From Vulcanimicrobiota bacterium (GTDB lineage Bacteria; Vulcanimicrobiota; Vulcanimicrobiia; Vulcanimicrobiales; Vulcanimicrobiaceae), in the NCBI GenBank assembly GCA_003135555.1, contig PLCF01000016.1, positions 936 to 31,159 of the forward strand: a stretch of DNA of 30,224 nt. Reading direction: 5' to 3'. Both the position numbers and the translations under genes were made by a program. Each line of letters begins with the position of its first letter. Positions within the stretch are counted from its first letter, which is position 1. Under the pieces are notes generated by a model, which saw only the letters and a program-made list of their open reading frames with translations, searched no databases and had not been told where the DNA came from. Shown here in pieces: positions 8,089 through 18,875 of this stretch.

Positions 8089-10967
8089 GAGACCGCGCCC
8101 ACCAGCTGGGCGAGCGCCGCGGAGGGCTCGCACTGCAGCTCCGCGGTGAGCACGTCGCGGTACTGCCGAAAGTGGCGCAACGCGGCGGCCCGGTCGCCGC
8201 CGGCGAGGTAGGCCCGGATCGCGATCTCGCGCGCCGGTTCGTCGCACGGATCGTACGCGATCATCTCGTGGCACAGCGCCAGCGCCTCTTGCGTGTCGCC
8301 CCGTTCGAGCGCGAGCTCGGCGAGCGTCTGGGCGATCTCACAGCGCAGCTCGCGCAGCCTGCGCTCGGTTTGATCGAACCACTCCCACGCCTCCAGCCGG
8401 GCCGGCCGCGCGGCGCGAACGCGCCCGTACAGCTCGCGCAGTTGCGGGGCGTGCTCGTCGCCGGGCGACCCGTCGCCGCGCAGCGCGCCGAGCGCGCGTT
8501 CGATCTCCCACAGGTCGACGCGCGCACCGCTGCCCAGGCGATAGCCGTCGGGCGTACGCACCACCACGGCGTCGCCGCCGCCCAGCCGCGCTTTGAGGCG
8601 GTGCAGACAAACGTGGAATGCGTTGCGAGCCGCGCTCTCGCCGAGGTCGGGCCAGAGCTGGTCGGTGAGCCGGCCGCGCGCGACCGCCTCGGGCCGAATC
8701 GCGATCGCGGTCAACAGCGCGTGCTCGCGCTCGGCCAGGTTGACCGGCTCGCCGTCGTGCAGGACGCGGCCGCTCACCAGCTCGACGATCACGCCGCCGC
8801 GCGCCGGCGTACCGCCGGCGGTGCGATAGCGGCCCAGAAACGGCGCCAGGAACGCGGCGTCGCCGCCGTGCGCGAGAGCGCCGACCGCCGCGTGGAGCGG
8901 TTCCGCGTCGATGCGTTGCGCGAGCGTCGCGGCGTGGGCGTACAGCTCGCCGCGGCGGGCCGGGTCGAGCTCGGCGAGCGCCAGGGCGGCGAGCACGCCG
9001 GTGAACGGACCCTGCCGGTCCTGGGCCAGCCGAACTGCGTTTGCGGCGTCGCGTTGCGCCGCCGCAGCGTCGCCCGCGGCGACGGAGTTCGCGGCGGCGA
9101 CGAGGTACGCGCGGGCGACCCATTCGGGATGGTCGTGGCGCTTCGGCTCCGCGAGCCGGCCGCGCGCGGCGGCGGCGAAGAACGCGAAGCCGCGCACGCC
9201 GTCGCGTTCGACCGCGGTCTCGAGCACCGCGGCGTGCCGTCCGAAAGCGGCGCCGTCACCGGCGAGCCACGCGCCGAACGCCCCTTCGGCTTCGTAGAAC
9301 GCGATGAAGTTGCGCAGGCCCGCGCCGTAGGCGATTTCGAGCGCCCGCGCGATGCGCTCGCGCTCGGTGTCGCGCTCGCCGCGCACGCGCGCGAGCTCGG
9401 CGCCTTGCGTCAACAGCGCGCCCGCGGCGGCGAGCGGCGTGCTCTCGATGAACGGCCAAGCCGCCTCGAGGTCCCGTTCCGCGGCGCCGGTCTGGCCCAG
9501 CGGCGCGCCGGCCAGGGCGCGCAAGTACAGCAGCCAGCCGTGCAGCGGCGTTTGCGGCACCTCCGGTGCGGCGATCGCCGCGCGCAGCTCTTCCACCACG
9601 CCGAGCGCCGCTTCGAATTCGCCGGCATACGCGAGCACCAGCGCGCGAAAAACCGACACGAAGGCGCGCTGTTCGCCGCCCGGTCCGTCCGGCACGCGCG
9701 CCCCGACATCGGCCGCCTCGTCGAGCAGCGAGCGCGCGTCGACGGTGAACGTTCGCACGAGCGCGGTCGTCGACCAGAGCCGCGGGTGGCGCCGCACCAC
9801 CTCGCCGTCGAGCGATGCCAACAACCGCGCGACGGCGATCGGCGGCGTCGCCTCGTTGCGGGCCTCGATGCGCTCGAGTGCGGCCGCGGCGGCGTCCTGA
9901 TCGCCGGCGGCAAAATCGATCTCGGCGACGCGTTGCCATTCGCCCGCCGTTGCATAGGCGGCTACGGTGCGCGCGAGCAGACCGGCGATGCGCGCCGGAT
10001 GGCGTTCGGCCAGCGCCGCCGCGAGCAGCGGGTGCACGGTGTAGACACCGTCGTGTTGGGCGAGAAACGGCGACCCTGCAGCGAAGCGCTCGAAGGTCGC
10101 CAGCGCGGCGTCGCTGCCCAGGGCGAGCCGCAGGTCGCGTTCGAGGGCCTGCGGGATCGCGGCGGCGGCCAGCAGCCCGTCGAGCGTCGCCGGCGCCGCC
10201 TCCGCCAAGACCTGATCGGCGAGGTACTCGTGCAGATCTTCGTACGCGACGTCGTCGAGCGCGTCGAGCAGCGCTTCGAGCCGGCCTTCGTGCGCGAAGC
10301 GCACCAACAGGAGAACCGCGATCGGCCAGCCGCCGGAGAGCTCGGCGACGCGCTCGACGAGCGTGCTGCTCGCACCGGTGCCTGCGAAGAGCGCGCGAAT
10401 CTCGTCGCGCCCGAAGGCCAGCTCCGCGGCCCGCAGCGTCAGGATGCGGTGCGGCGGCGCGAAGCGCGAGAGGTGCATGCGCAGCGGCTCGCGCGAGCAC
10501 AGCACGATGCGGCGGCTCTCCGGGCGCACCGCGAGCAAGGCGGCGAGAAAACCGCGGGCGCCCCGGTCGGCGAGCGCGTCTTCGGCGTTCTCGACCACGA
10601 AGGCGGTCGCTGCCGCCTCCTCGCGCCAGGCCGCCAGAGCGACTGCCAGGCGCTCGCCGACCCCGGCCTGCTCGTCGCCCAGCAGCGTCTCGCGCCGCGA
10701 CAGTACCGCGCTCTCGCGCGGTGCCGCCGCCGCCAGGGCGGCCACGACGCGCCGGGCCAGATCCAGCTCGGAGGCGACCCCGCGGCAATCGCACAGCGCG
10801 ACCGCGGACAGCCCCGCGACGAGCTGCCGGGCCAGGGTCGACTTGCCGAACCCGGCCGGCGCGACGAGCACCACGATTGCGGGCCCGGCGGCCCGAACCC
10901 GGTCCAGCAGCGCGGCGCGCGGGAGACCGTCCGCGCTGGGGCGGGGCGATGAAGCGGTCGTGTCCAT
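8085..10967 (-). CDS. Large transcriptional regulator: MalT-like NTPase, helical repeats, C-terminal winged-HTH and BTAD
   Basis: PRAALL, APAGFGKST (Walker A), LSGGWP, LHEYLADQVL; C-terminal LWPD...NAFHVCLHRLK, VDLWE, DPCDEPA...GDRAAALRHF...EL..EPS. Confidence 0.88.
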   Translation of the reverse strand: MDTTASSPRPSADGLPRAALLDRVRAAGPAIVVLVAPAGFGKSTLARQLVAGLSAVALCDCRGVASELDLARRVVAALAAAAPRESAVLSRRETLLGDEQAGVGERLAVALAAWREEAAATAFVVENAEDALADRGARGFLAALLAVRPESRRIVLCSREPLRMHLSRFAPPHRILTLRAAELAFGRDEIRALFAGTGASSTLVERVAELSGGWPIAVLLLVRFAHEGRLEALLDALDDVAYEDLHEYLADQVLAEAAPATLDGLLAAAAIPQALERDLRLALGSDAALATFERFAAGSPFLAQHDGVYTVHPLLAAALAERHPARIAGLLARTVAAYATAGEWQRVAEIDFAAGDQDAAAAALERIEARNEATPPIAVARLLASLDGEVVRRHPRLWSTTALVRTFTVDARSLLDEAADVGARVPDGPGGEQRAFVSVFRALVLAYAGEFEAALGVVEELRAAIAAPEVPQTPLHGWLLYLRALAGAPLGQTGAAERDLEAAWPFIESTPLAAAGALLTQGAELARVRGERDTERERIARALEIAYGAGLRNFIAFYEAEGAFGAWLAGDGAAFGRHAAVLETAVERDGVRGFAFFAAAARGRLAEPKRHDHPEWVARAYLVAAANSVAAGDAAAAQRDAANAVRLAQDRQGPFTGVLAALALAELDPARRGELYAHAATLAQRIDAEPLHAAVGALAHGGDAAFLAPFLGRYRTAGGTPARGGVIVELVSGRVLHDGEPVNLAEREHALLTAIAIRPEAVARGRLTDQLWPDLGESAARNAFHVCLHRLKARLGGGDAVVVRTPDGYRLGSGARVDLWEIERALGALRGDGSPGDEHAPQLRELYGRVRAARPARLEAWEWFDQTERRLRELRCEIAQTLAELALERGDTQEALALCHEMIAYDPCDEPAREIAIRAYLAGGDRAAALRHFRQYRDVLTAELQCEPSAALAQLVGAVS

Positions 10968-11198
10968 CCTGCTCGTAAGCCAATGCCCGGTAGTGAGGCC
11001 CCAGACTTTCGTCGTCCGCCGGCCGCTCCCCCGGACCGCGGCGCCTCCCGTGTGCTTGCTACATTAACGCCGTATTACTTTACACACGCGCCTGTGGAGT
11101 CTGTGGATTCGACGCCGGCATGGGGCCCGCGCAGACGGAGGTCGCCGCGGCCGATGGGAAAGGTGGGAGCAGGCGAGTTAGCCCGCGGCCCGGGCGCT

Positions 11199-11224
11199 GG
11201 AACCCGGTGCGTTGGCAGTGTGTT
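11199..11224 (+). promoter_or_regulatory. Candidate SigH/SigR-like ECF promoter GGAAC-N18-GTT
   Basis: GGAAC at 11199-11203 and GTT at 11222-11224, upstream of hsp20-lon. Confidence 0.4.
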
Positions 11225-11238
11225 GACGGGAGTGCTAA
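11212..11238 (+). promoter_or_regulatory. CIRCE element (HrcA operator)
   Basis: TTGGCAGTG-N9-GAGTGCTAA versus consensus TTAGCACTC-N9-GAGTGCTAA (right arm perfect, left arm 6/9), just upstream of heat-shock genes. Confidence 0.75.
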
Positions 11239-11276
11239 GGCGCTTCGCGCCAAGAGAACGGAAAGGAACCCGTCGC

Positions 11277-11698
11277 GTGCGGAACCACGACGAGATACTG
11301 GAGTTCGAGCGGTTGTTCGCACCCCGCGGTGCGCACGGGCGTTTCGAGCCCAATGCGGACGTGCACCTCGATGAGAGTGCGCGCGCCGTCGTCGTGCACG
11401 TCGAGCTGGCCGGCGCGAACGCCGATTCGCTGCAAGTCGTCGTCGACGACGAGTGTCTGGTCATCGCCGGCATCCGCGCTCGTGGCGACCTCTCGCGCGA
11501 TGCGTCACTGCTGCGCAAAGAGATCCAGTACGGCGAGTTCCTCAAGCAGATCCGCCTCCCCGCGCCCGTCCTCGGCGACGGCGCGACGGCGGTCTACCGC
11601 GACGGCATCTTGACGATCCGTCTTCCGCTCGCGCAAACGAAGAAGTACCCGATCGTGCGGACCGAGATCCGCATGACGGTAAGAAGGACCCCCGTTTA

Positions 11699-11699
<1 letters not shown>
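11277..11699 (+). CDS. Hsp20/alpha-crystallin small heat-shock protein
   Basis: PNADVH, VELAG, LVIAGIR, EIQYGEFLKQIRLP, AVYRDGILTIRLP; GTG start after GAAAGGA; TAATG coupling to lon. Confidence 0.9.
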
Positions 11700-14161
<2,462 letters not shown>

Positions 14162-14180
14162 CCGGTAGGCCGGTCGGGCT

Positions 14181-14633
14181 CTAGCGCAGCGTCGGGCCGG
14201 CGACGCGGTAGAGGCGTCCGGCGTGGTCGTCGCGCGTGCTCTCGTGTAGCGTGTGCGCGGCGTGGCGCTCGGAGCCGATGATGACGCGGCGCTCCTCCGC
14301 GCTGTCGTAGCGGAGATCGGGCCGCTCCTGCAACCGGTCGTACGTCCGAGCGTTGACCGCGGCATGATCGAGCTCGTGCCCCAGACCCAGTGCCGGCGAC
14401 TGGCGTCCGCCGCTGCTGGTGCGCAGCGCGCTGTACGGATCCCAGCGGATCGTGTGCGACCACGGCAGGTAGGCGTCGTCGCCGCGGTGGTCGATGACGA
14501 TGCGGTGCGGCGTGCGGCTGTGCTCGAGCCGCGCGATGAGCGACCGCTCGACCGGGTCGCGCGCGAGGTACGCGAACGCCGCGTCGACCGCGCTCCGCGC
14601 GGCGGCCGGAATCGTGAGCGAACCATATCTCAT
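14181..14633 (-). CDS. Small HExxH zinc metallopeptidase-like protein (M91/NleD-like)
   Basis: TIRWDP, SPALGLGHELDHA, EERRVI, RDDH. Confidence 0.65.
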   Translation of the reverse strand: MRYGSLTIPAAARSAVDAAFAYLARDPVERSLIARLEHSRTPHRIVIDHRGDDAYLPWSHTIRWDPYSALRTSSGGRQSPALGLGHELDHAAVNARTYDRLQERPDLRYDSAEERRVIIGSERHAAHTLHESTRDDHAGRLYRVAGPTLR

Positions 14634-14731
14634 GCCGCCGGTCGTTCACGCCCGGCGCGCGGCCGGCAACCCTCCCGCCGGTGCAACTGCGGCAACCCGC
14701 GGGGTGTCATCCGCACGTGGCCGGTCGAACG

Positions 14732-15649
14732 ATGGTGCGAACGGTGGCGGTGCGCGGGGTTGACCTGCGGCTCGTCGTCGCCGTTGCCGCGGTGTGGATC
14801 CTGTGGGGCTCGACGTTCGCCGCGCTGCGCTACTCGGTCGCGACGATGCCGCCCTTCGTGCTGGCGTCGGCCCGCTTCATCCTCGCCGGCGCCCTGCTCT
14901 ACGCGCTGTGTGCCGCGCGCGGCCGCGCCCGTCCCACGCGTGACGACTTGGTGCGGGCGGCGATCACCGGGACGACGTTGCTGCTGCTCGGCAACGGCGT
15001 CGTCGTCTGGACCGTGCAGTTCTTGCCCACCGGGATCAACTCGCTGCTGCTGTCGCTCTCGGCGGTGTGGATGGCGCTCATCGCGTTCGCCTGGGACCGC
15101 GAACGCCCGTCGCACGTCGCGCTCGCCGGCATGCTGATGGGACTCGTCGGCATGGTCCTGCTGCTGCAGCCGAAGGCGATTGCCGCCTTGCCGCTATGGC
15201 CGGCGGTCTTGGCCCTGCTGGCCAGCATCTCGTGGGCGTTCGGCTCGGTGTATCAACGCCGCGCGCCGCGCAGCTCCGACCTCATGCTCGCGACCGCGCT
15301 GCAAATGCTCATCGGGGGCGCGCTGCTCGCGGTCGAAGCGGCGCTCTTCGGCGAGTGGCGCGGCTTCGACGTGCACGCGGTCGCCGCCGCGTCGTGGGGC
15401 GGTTTCGCTTGGCTGGTGATCTTCGGCAGCGTCTTCGCCTTCAGCGCGTATCTCTATGTGATGCAGTTCGCGAGCACCGCGCTGGCCTCGACCTATGCGT
15501 ACGTCAACCCGATGGTCGCCGTGATCCTCGGGATGGTCCTGTTCCACGAGCGTTTCACCCTGCTCGAAGCCGTCGCCGGTGCGTTCATCCTCGCCGGCGT
15601 CGCGCTCATGATGGTGCCTTACCGCTTGTCGACGACGGCCAGCAGATAG
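14732..15649 (+). CDS. EamA/DMT family transporter (YedA-like)
   Basis: WGSTF, PPFVLASARF, GNG, SWAFGS, YAYVNPMVAVILG; about 10 hydrophobic segments. Confidence 0.93.
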   Translation: MVRTVAVRGVDLRLVVAVAAVWILWGSTFAALRYSVATMPPFVLASARFILAGALLYALCAARGRARPTRDDLVRAAITGTTLLLLGNGVVVWTVQFLPTGINSLLLSLSAVWMALIAFAWDRERPSHVALAGMLMGLVGMVLLLQPKAIAALPLWPAVLALLASISWAFGSVYQRRAPRSSDLMLATALQMLIGGALLAVEAALFGEWRGFDVHAVAAASWGGFAWLVIFGSVFAFSAYLYVMQFASTALASTYAYVNPMVAVILGMVLFHERFTLLEAVAGAFILAGVALMMVPYRLSTTASR

Positions 15650-15700
15650 CCGTTGTGCCAGTCGCTGTGCGTTCCGCCTGCCGCGTTGTGAGTATCGTCG

Positions 15701-15772
15701 GGCAACGGGGTGGTCGTCTGGACGGTGCCGTTTCTTGTCCACCGGGAGCAACTCGCTGCTCCTGTCGCTCTC
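15701..15772 (+). pseudogene. Frameshifted, diverged 72-bp copy of an internal EamA segment (14990-15060)
   Basis: Manual alignment gives 64/71 identical positions plus a 1-nt insertion. Confidence 0.8.
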
Positions 15773-15807
15773 CCTCGCAATCAGAAGCCGCTCAAAGACG
15801 GCAGGGC

Positions 15808-15864
15808 CTCTAATGTCTTGGCAGTAAGGCCTCTGTATTGCCGTCATTGCGTCCGGGGTTATGC
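15808..15864 (+). mobile_element. Degenerate attC-like site (left)
   Basis: CTCTAAT...gcagtaaggc/gccgtcattgc inner stem...GTTATGC; 57 bp; the TPR gene ATG lies inside the core site. Confidence 0.4.
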
Positions 15865-17156
15865 GCATGTACAATCGCAATCTCGTTGGCATAGCCGTCG
15901 CACTTGGGATCTTCTTGTGTCCACTTGCTGCTAACTCAGTTCCGTCTGTCACGAATTGGGTCGAACGTGGCAATCAGGCTACCATTCGCGGGGATCTTGT
16001 CGAGGCGCTCCAAGATTATACAAAGGCGACGAATCAAGTTCCTGGCGATCCCGTTCCGTGGTACGATCGCGCTCTTACATACAAGAATCTTGGACGAATT
16101 CCCGAAGCCACTGCTGACGCGCGGCGCGCAATCGAGCTGCAACCGTCCTTCTCCGATGGCTATTGGCTGTTAGCGCATCTGCTTCAACTAGGTGGCAACA
16201 CCGACGAAGCCTTGAGCATGGCGAGTCGCGCGGTTGGACTAACGCCGGACAGTGTCGCCTATCGCTCCCGCCGTGCTGCGATTCTCGTCGACATGATGCG
16301 ACCCTCTGAGGCGAAAGCTGACTATGAGTTTATCTTGGGCCGCAATCCCAATGACCTAGACAGTCTTCAAGGATTAGCGTACGTACTTTTTAGTATGAAC
16401 GACCAAAAGAGTGCTCTACTGATTCTAAAGCGTTACATTACCCTCGTCCCAGTAGAACACCGCGACGATACTACCGTCATTGCTCTGGCCGATCTACTCA
16501 TGGGTCATGGACGATACGCCGATGCCTTCGTATACTTGTCGCAACATTCCAGTACCTCACCGCGCGCGACGGAAAGCAAGGCCAGGGCTCTTCTTGGAAT
16601 GGGTCGGCGGGACGAGGCTCTAGCATTGTTATCGAGCTCGTCGCACGAAGGTGTCAGCTCGCTGCGGTTGCGGGGGATCGTCCTTTTTGAGGGCGCTCGC
16701 TGCGCGGAAGCGGCCGACGCTTTTCGCGAAGCTTCGAGATTAGAGCCTAAGGACGCACTCACCCTACGCAATCTTGGGGCGGCATTTCTTTGCGCTAATC
16801 AAGTTCCAGCTGCCAGAGATGCTTTAAGGCGCGCTATCCGGTTGAACCCGGCCGACACCCTTGCGTATCGATTTGAGGCGGACGCATCTCGTCGGCTAGG
16901 CGACCTTGATGACGCGGTTCGAAATGCTCGAACATTCCTCGCGCTCGGAGGCGATGATTTTCGAGTGCTGCTTATGCTCGGCGTCGATGAATACCGAGCA
17001 GGTGACAAAGCAAGGGGCACTGCGGACTATGAGCGCGGGTGCTCGCTAGCCGTAGCCGGTTCTCGTGACCTTGAGCTTTGCAAGGCGCAACTGCCCAAGA
17101 TGAAGGCGACGATAAGAAAGAGAGCCGCGACGATGCCGCCGCGGCCCCCCCACTAA
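15861..17156 (+). CDS. Exported tetratricopeptide-repeat protein, low GC, likely horizontally acquired
   Basis: Signal-like N-terminus; many TPR motifs (EALQDYTKA, WYDRALTYKNLG, AIELQP, RNLGAAF, AIRLNP); AT-rich codons (21/60 G+C at 16381-16440). Confidence 0.88.
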   Translation: MRMYNRNLVGIAVALGIFLCPLAANSVPSVTNWVERGNQATIRGDLVEALQDYTKATNQVPGDPVPWYDRALTYKNLGRIPEATADARRAIELQPSFSDGYWLLAHLLQLGGNTDEALSMASRAVGLTPDSVAYRSRRAAILVDMMRPSEAKADYEFILGRNPNDLDSLQGLAYVLFSMNDQKSALLILKRYITLVPVEHRDDTTVIALADLLMGHGRYADAFVYLSQHSSTSPRATESKARALLGMGRRDEALALLSSSSHEGVSSLRLRGIVLFEGARCAEAADAFREASRLEPKDALTLRNLGAAFLCANQVPAARDALRRAIRLNPADTLAYRFEADASRRLGDLDDAVRNARTFLALGGDDFRVLLMLGVDEYRAGDKARGTADYERGCSLAVAGSRDLELCKAQLPKMKATIRKRAATMPPRPPH

Positions 17157-17215
17157 CGTCAGCAGAAGTGGCGAAAGTGGTCGTACCGGTCGAGGTGCGC
17201 GTTTCGACGTTATGG
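17151..17215 (+). mobile_element. Degenerate attC-like site (right)
   Basis: CACTAAC (contains the TPR stop codon) ... GTTATGG; TAACGTC/GACGTTA perfect inverted repeat; 65 bp. Confidence 0.5.
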
Positions 17216-17261
17216 GTGTGGCGCAGATGATGGCTGCCGGAGCGGGCGGCCGCGCCGGCAC

Positions 17262-17290
17262 CCGCCCTTTAACCCGGCTCAGGATGACAA
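17262..17290 (-). repeat. REP-like motif TTGTCATCCTGAGC...AAGGG overlapping the solA stop
   Basis: Minus strand ttgtcatcctgagccgggttaaagggcgg matches the motif at 662. Confidence 0.5.
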
Positions 17291-18412
17291 GGTAAAGCGT
17301 CCCGGTGCGAACAGGTCGATCGTGACGCCGGGATCGTCGTTCGCGAGCAGCGCCGCGACGATCTCGCCGACGACCGGCGCGAACTTGTAGCCGTGGCCTG
17401 AGAAGCCACCGGCGACGGCGACGCGCGGTTGCCGCGGATGCGTCCCGATGACGAAGCGCTCGTCGGGCGTGAGCGCGTACATGCACGGATCGGCGCGTAC
17501 GAACGAACCGGCCGCCGCGGGGACGAACGAGCTCAGCGCGGCGTGCGCGAACGCGATCTCGTCTGCGCGCACGGTGCGGACGAGCGCGTCGGGATCGGCG
17601 TCGACGCCGCTGCCGTGATGCGCGACCTTGGCGCCGTCGCCGAAGTCGGGAAAGCCGTAGAACATGCGCGCGCCGGCGCGCTCGACGCACCAGATCGGGA
17701 GCCGCTCCGGCGAGACTGCGGCGCGCTCGCGCGGAGCAAACCAGAACTGCACGTTGCGCTCGATGCGCAGTGGGATGCCGAGGTCCGGCGCGATGCGCGC
17801 GAACCAGGGTCCGGCGCACAGCGCCAGCCGCTCGGCTTCGAGCCGCGTTCCGTCGGCGAGCGTGACGCGCACGCCGTGCTCGCCGGCATCCCACCCGGTC
17901 GCCTGCACGCCGAACCGCAGCTCCGCGCCGTCCGCCGCCGCGACCGCGAGGTGCGCATGCACGCCGGCTTCGGGGAACAGCGCTCCGGCGACCGCCTCGT
18001 ACACGCCGATCTCGTCGGCGCGCGGCGTCAGCGCGGGGAAGCGCCGGCACAGTTCGCGCGCGTCGTACACCTCGTGCGCGAGCTGCCAGCGCTGCGCGCT
18101 GGCCAGGGTTCCGGCGACGACCGGCATCTCGGGTCGCCCGACGAAGATCCCGCCGGTGCGCGCCCGCAGCACCGTCTCGGTGCGCGTTTCGAGCGCGTCC
18201 CACAGCGCGTAAGCGCGGCGCGCCAGCGGCACGTAGTCCGGCGATTCGAAATACGCCTGGCGGATGATGCGCGTGCGGCCGTGCGACGCACCGCGGTCGT
18301 GCGCGGGGCCGAAGCGCTCGAGCCCCAGCACGCGCATCCCGCGCCGCGCGGCGTGCGCGGCGACGGCGCTGCCCATCCCGCCCAGGCCGAGCACGATCGC
18401 GTCGTAGCGCAC
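17279..18412 (-). CDS. solA: N-methyl-L-tryptophan oxidase / monomeric sarcosine oxidase family flavoprotein
   Basis: YDAIVLGLGGMGSA, ASHGRTRIIRQAYFE, CMYALTPDERF (flavin-attachment Cys), GFSGHGYKFAPVVG; likely GTG start at 18412. Confidence 0.92.
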   Translation of the reverse strand: MRYDAIVLGLGGMGSAVAAHAARRGMRVLGLERFGPAHDRGASHGRTRIIRQAYFESPDYVPLARRAYALWDALETRTETVLRARTGGIFVGRPEMPVVAGTLASAQRWQLAHEVYDARELCRRFPALTPRADEIGVYEAVAGALFPEAGVHAHLAVAAADGAELRFGVQATGWDAGEHGVRVTLADGTRLEAERLALCAGPWFARIAPDLGIPLRIERNVQFWFAPRERAAVSPERLPIWCVERAGARMFYGFPDFGDGAKVAHHGSGVDADPDALVRTVRADEIAFAHAALSSFVPAAAGSFVRADPCMYALTPDERFVIGTHPRQPRVAVAGGFSGHGYKFAPVVGEIVAALLANDDPGVTIDLFAPGRFTLSS

Positions 18413-18416
18413 GCGC

Positions 18417-18875
18417 TCAGCGACGCGGCGGCAGCGGCCCGTGCCCAAGCGCGCGCGCGGCCTCGACCCAGCCGTCGGCTTCTTGGACCGCGGCGAGTTG
18501 CGCGGGCTCCGCGCCGCTGAGGTTGACCTGCGCGCGCAACGCGGTGGCCCGCGAGACCAGCCGTGCTTCGGCGGCCGCGTCGCGGGGATTGTCCGCAGCG
18601 TAGGTCGCGCCCGCGATCACGGCGTGCGCCGCGTCGACGTACGCGTCGATGCGTCCGCCCCGGTCCGCGGCCGGGCAGCGCGCCAGCGCGTTGGAGGCCG
18701 CGACGTAGCGCGCCGTCGCTTCGCGAAACGCGCCGCGCTGCCCCAGGCTGCGCGCGTCGACGGCCAGATGTGCCGCCACGGTGTGGTCGCATCCGCCGGC
18801 GGCGCCCGCAGTCCCGCCGCTCAGAGCGGCTAGGGCAAACACCGTTCCGGCGAGCGCGCGCTGCAAAACGTTCAC
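18417..18875 (-). CDS. Hypothetical exported alpha-helical protein
   Basis: Signal peptide ending AGA, two Cys; GTG start overlaps the selD stop (GTGA); ends 4 nt before solA. Confidence 0.65.
   Translation of the reverse strand: MNVLQRALAGTVFALAALSGGTAGAAGGCDHTVAAHLAVDARSLGQRGAFREATARYVAASNALARCPAADRGGRIDAYVDAAHAVIAGATYAADNPRDAAAEARLVSRATALRAQVNLSGAEPAQLAAVQEADGWVEAARALGHGPLPPRR

Noticed and set aside
8172..10978. Very long antisense or alternative-frame ORFs (926, 575, 387 aa; also 19915-22194 and 28064-29854)
   Set aside because: They shadow well-supported genes, are Arg/Ala/Pro-rich without motifs, and are expected at high GC.
11079..11110. DnaA-box-like 9-mers (tgtggagtc, tgtggattc)
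   Set aside because: Two or more mismatches each, too few copies, and no oriC gene context.
14990..15772. EamA segment and its copy as a DGR template/variable repeat pair
   Set aside because: Differences are not adenine-specific (mostly C/G), include an indel, and no reverse transcriptase is in the window.
17194..17207. 14-bp match GGTGCGCGTTTCGA to solA 18179-18192 as a target duplication
   Set aside because: The copies do not flank the insert, and matches of this length are expected by chance in 30 kb of GC-rich DNA.
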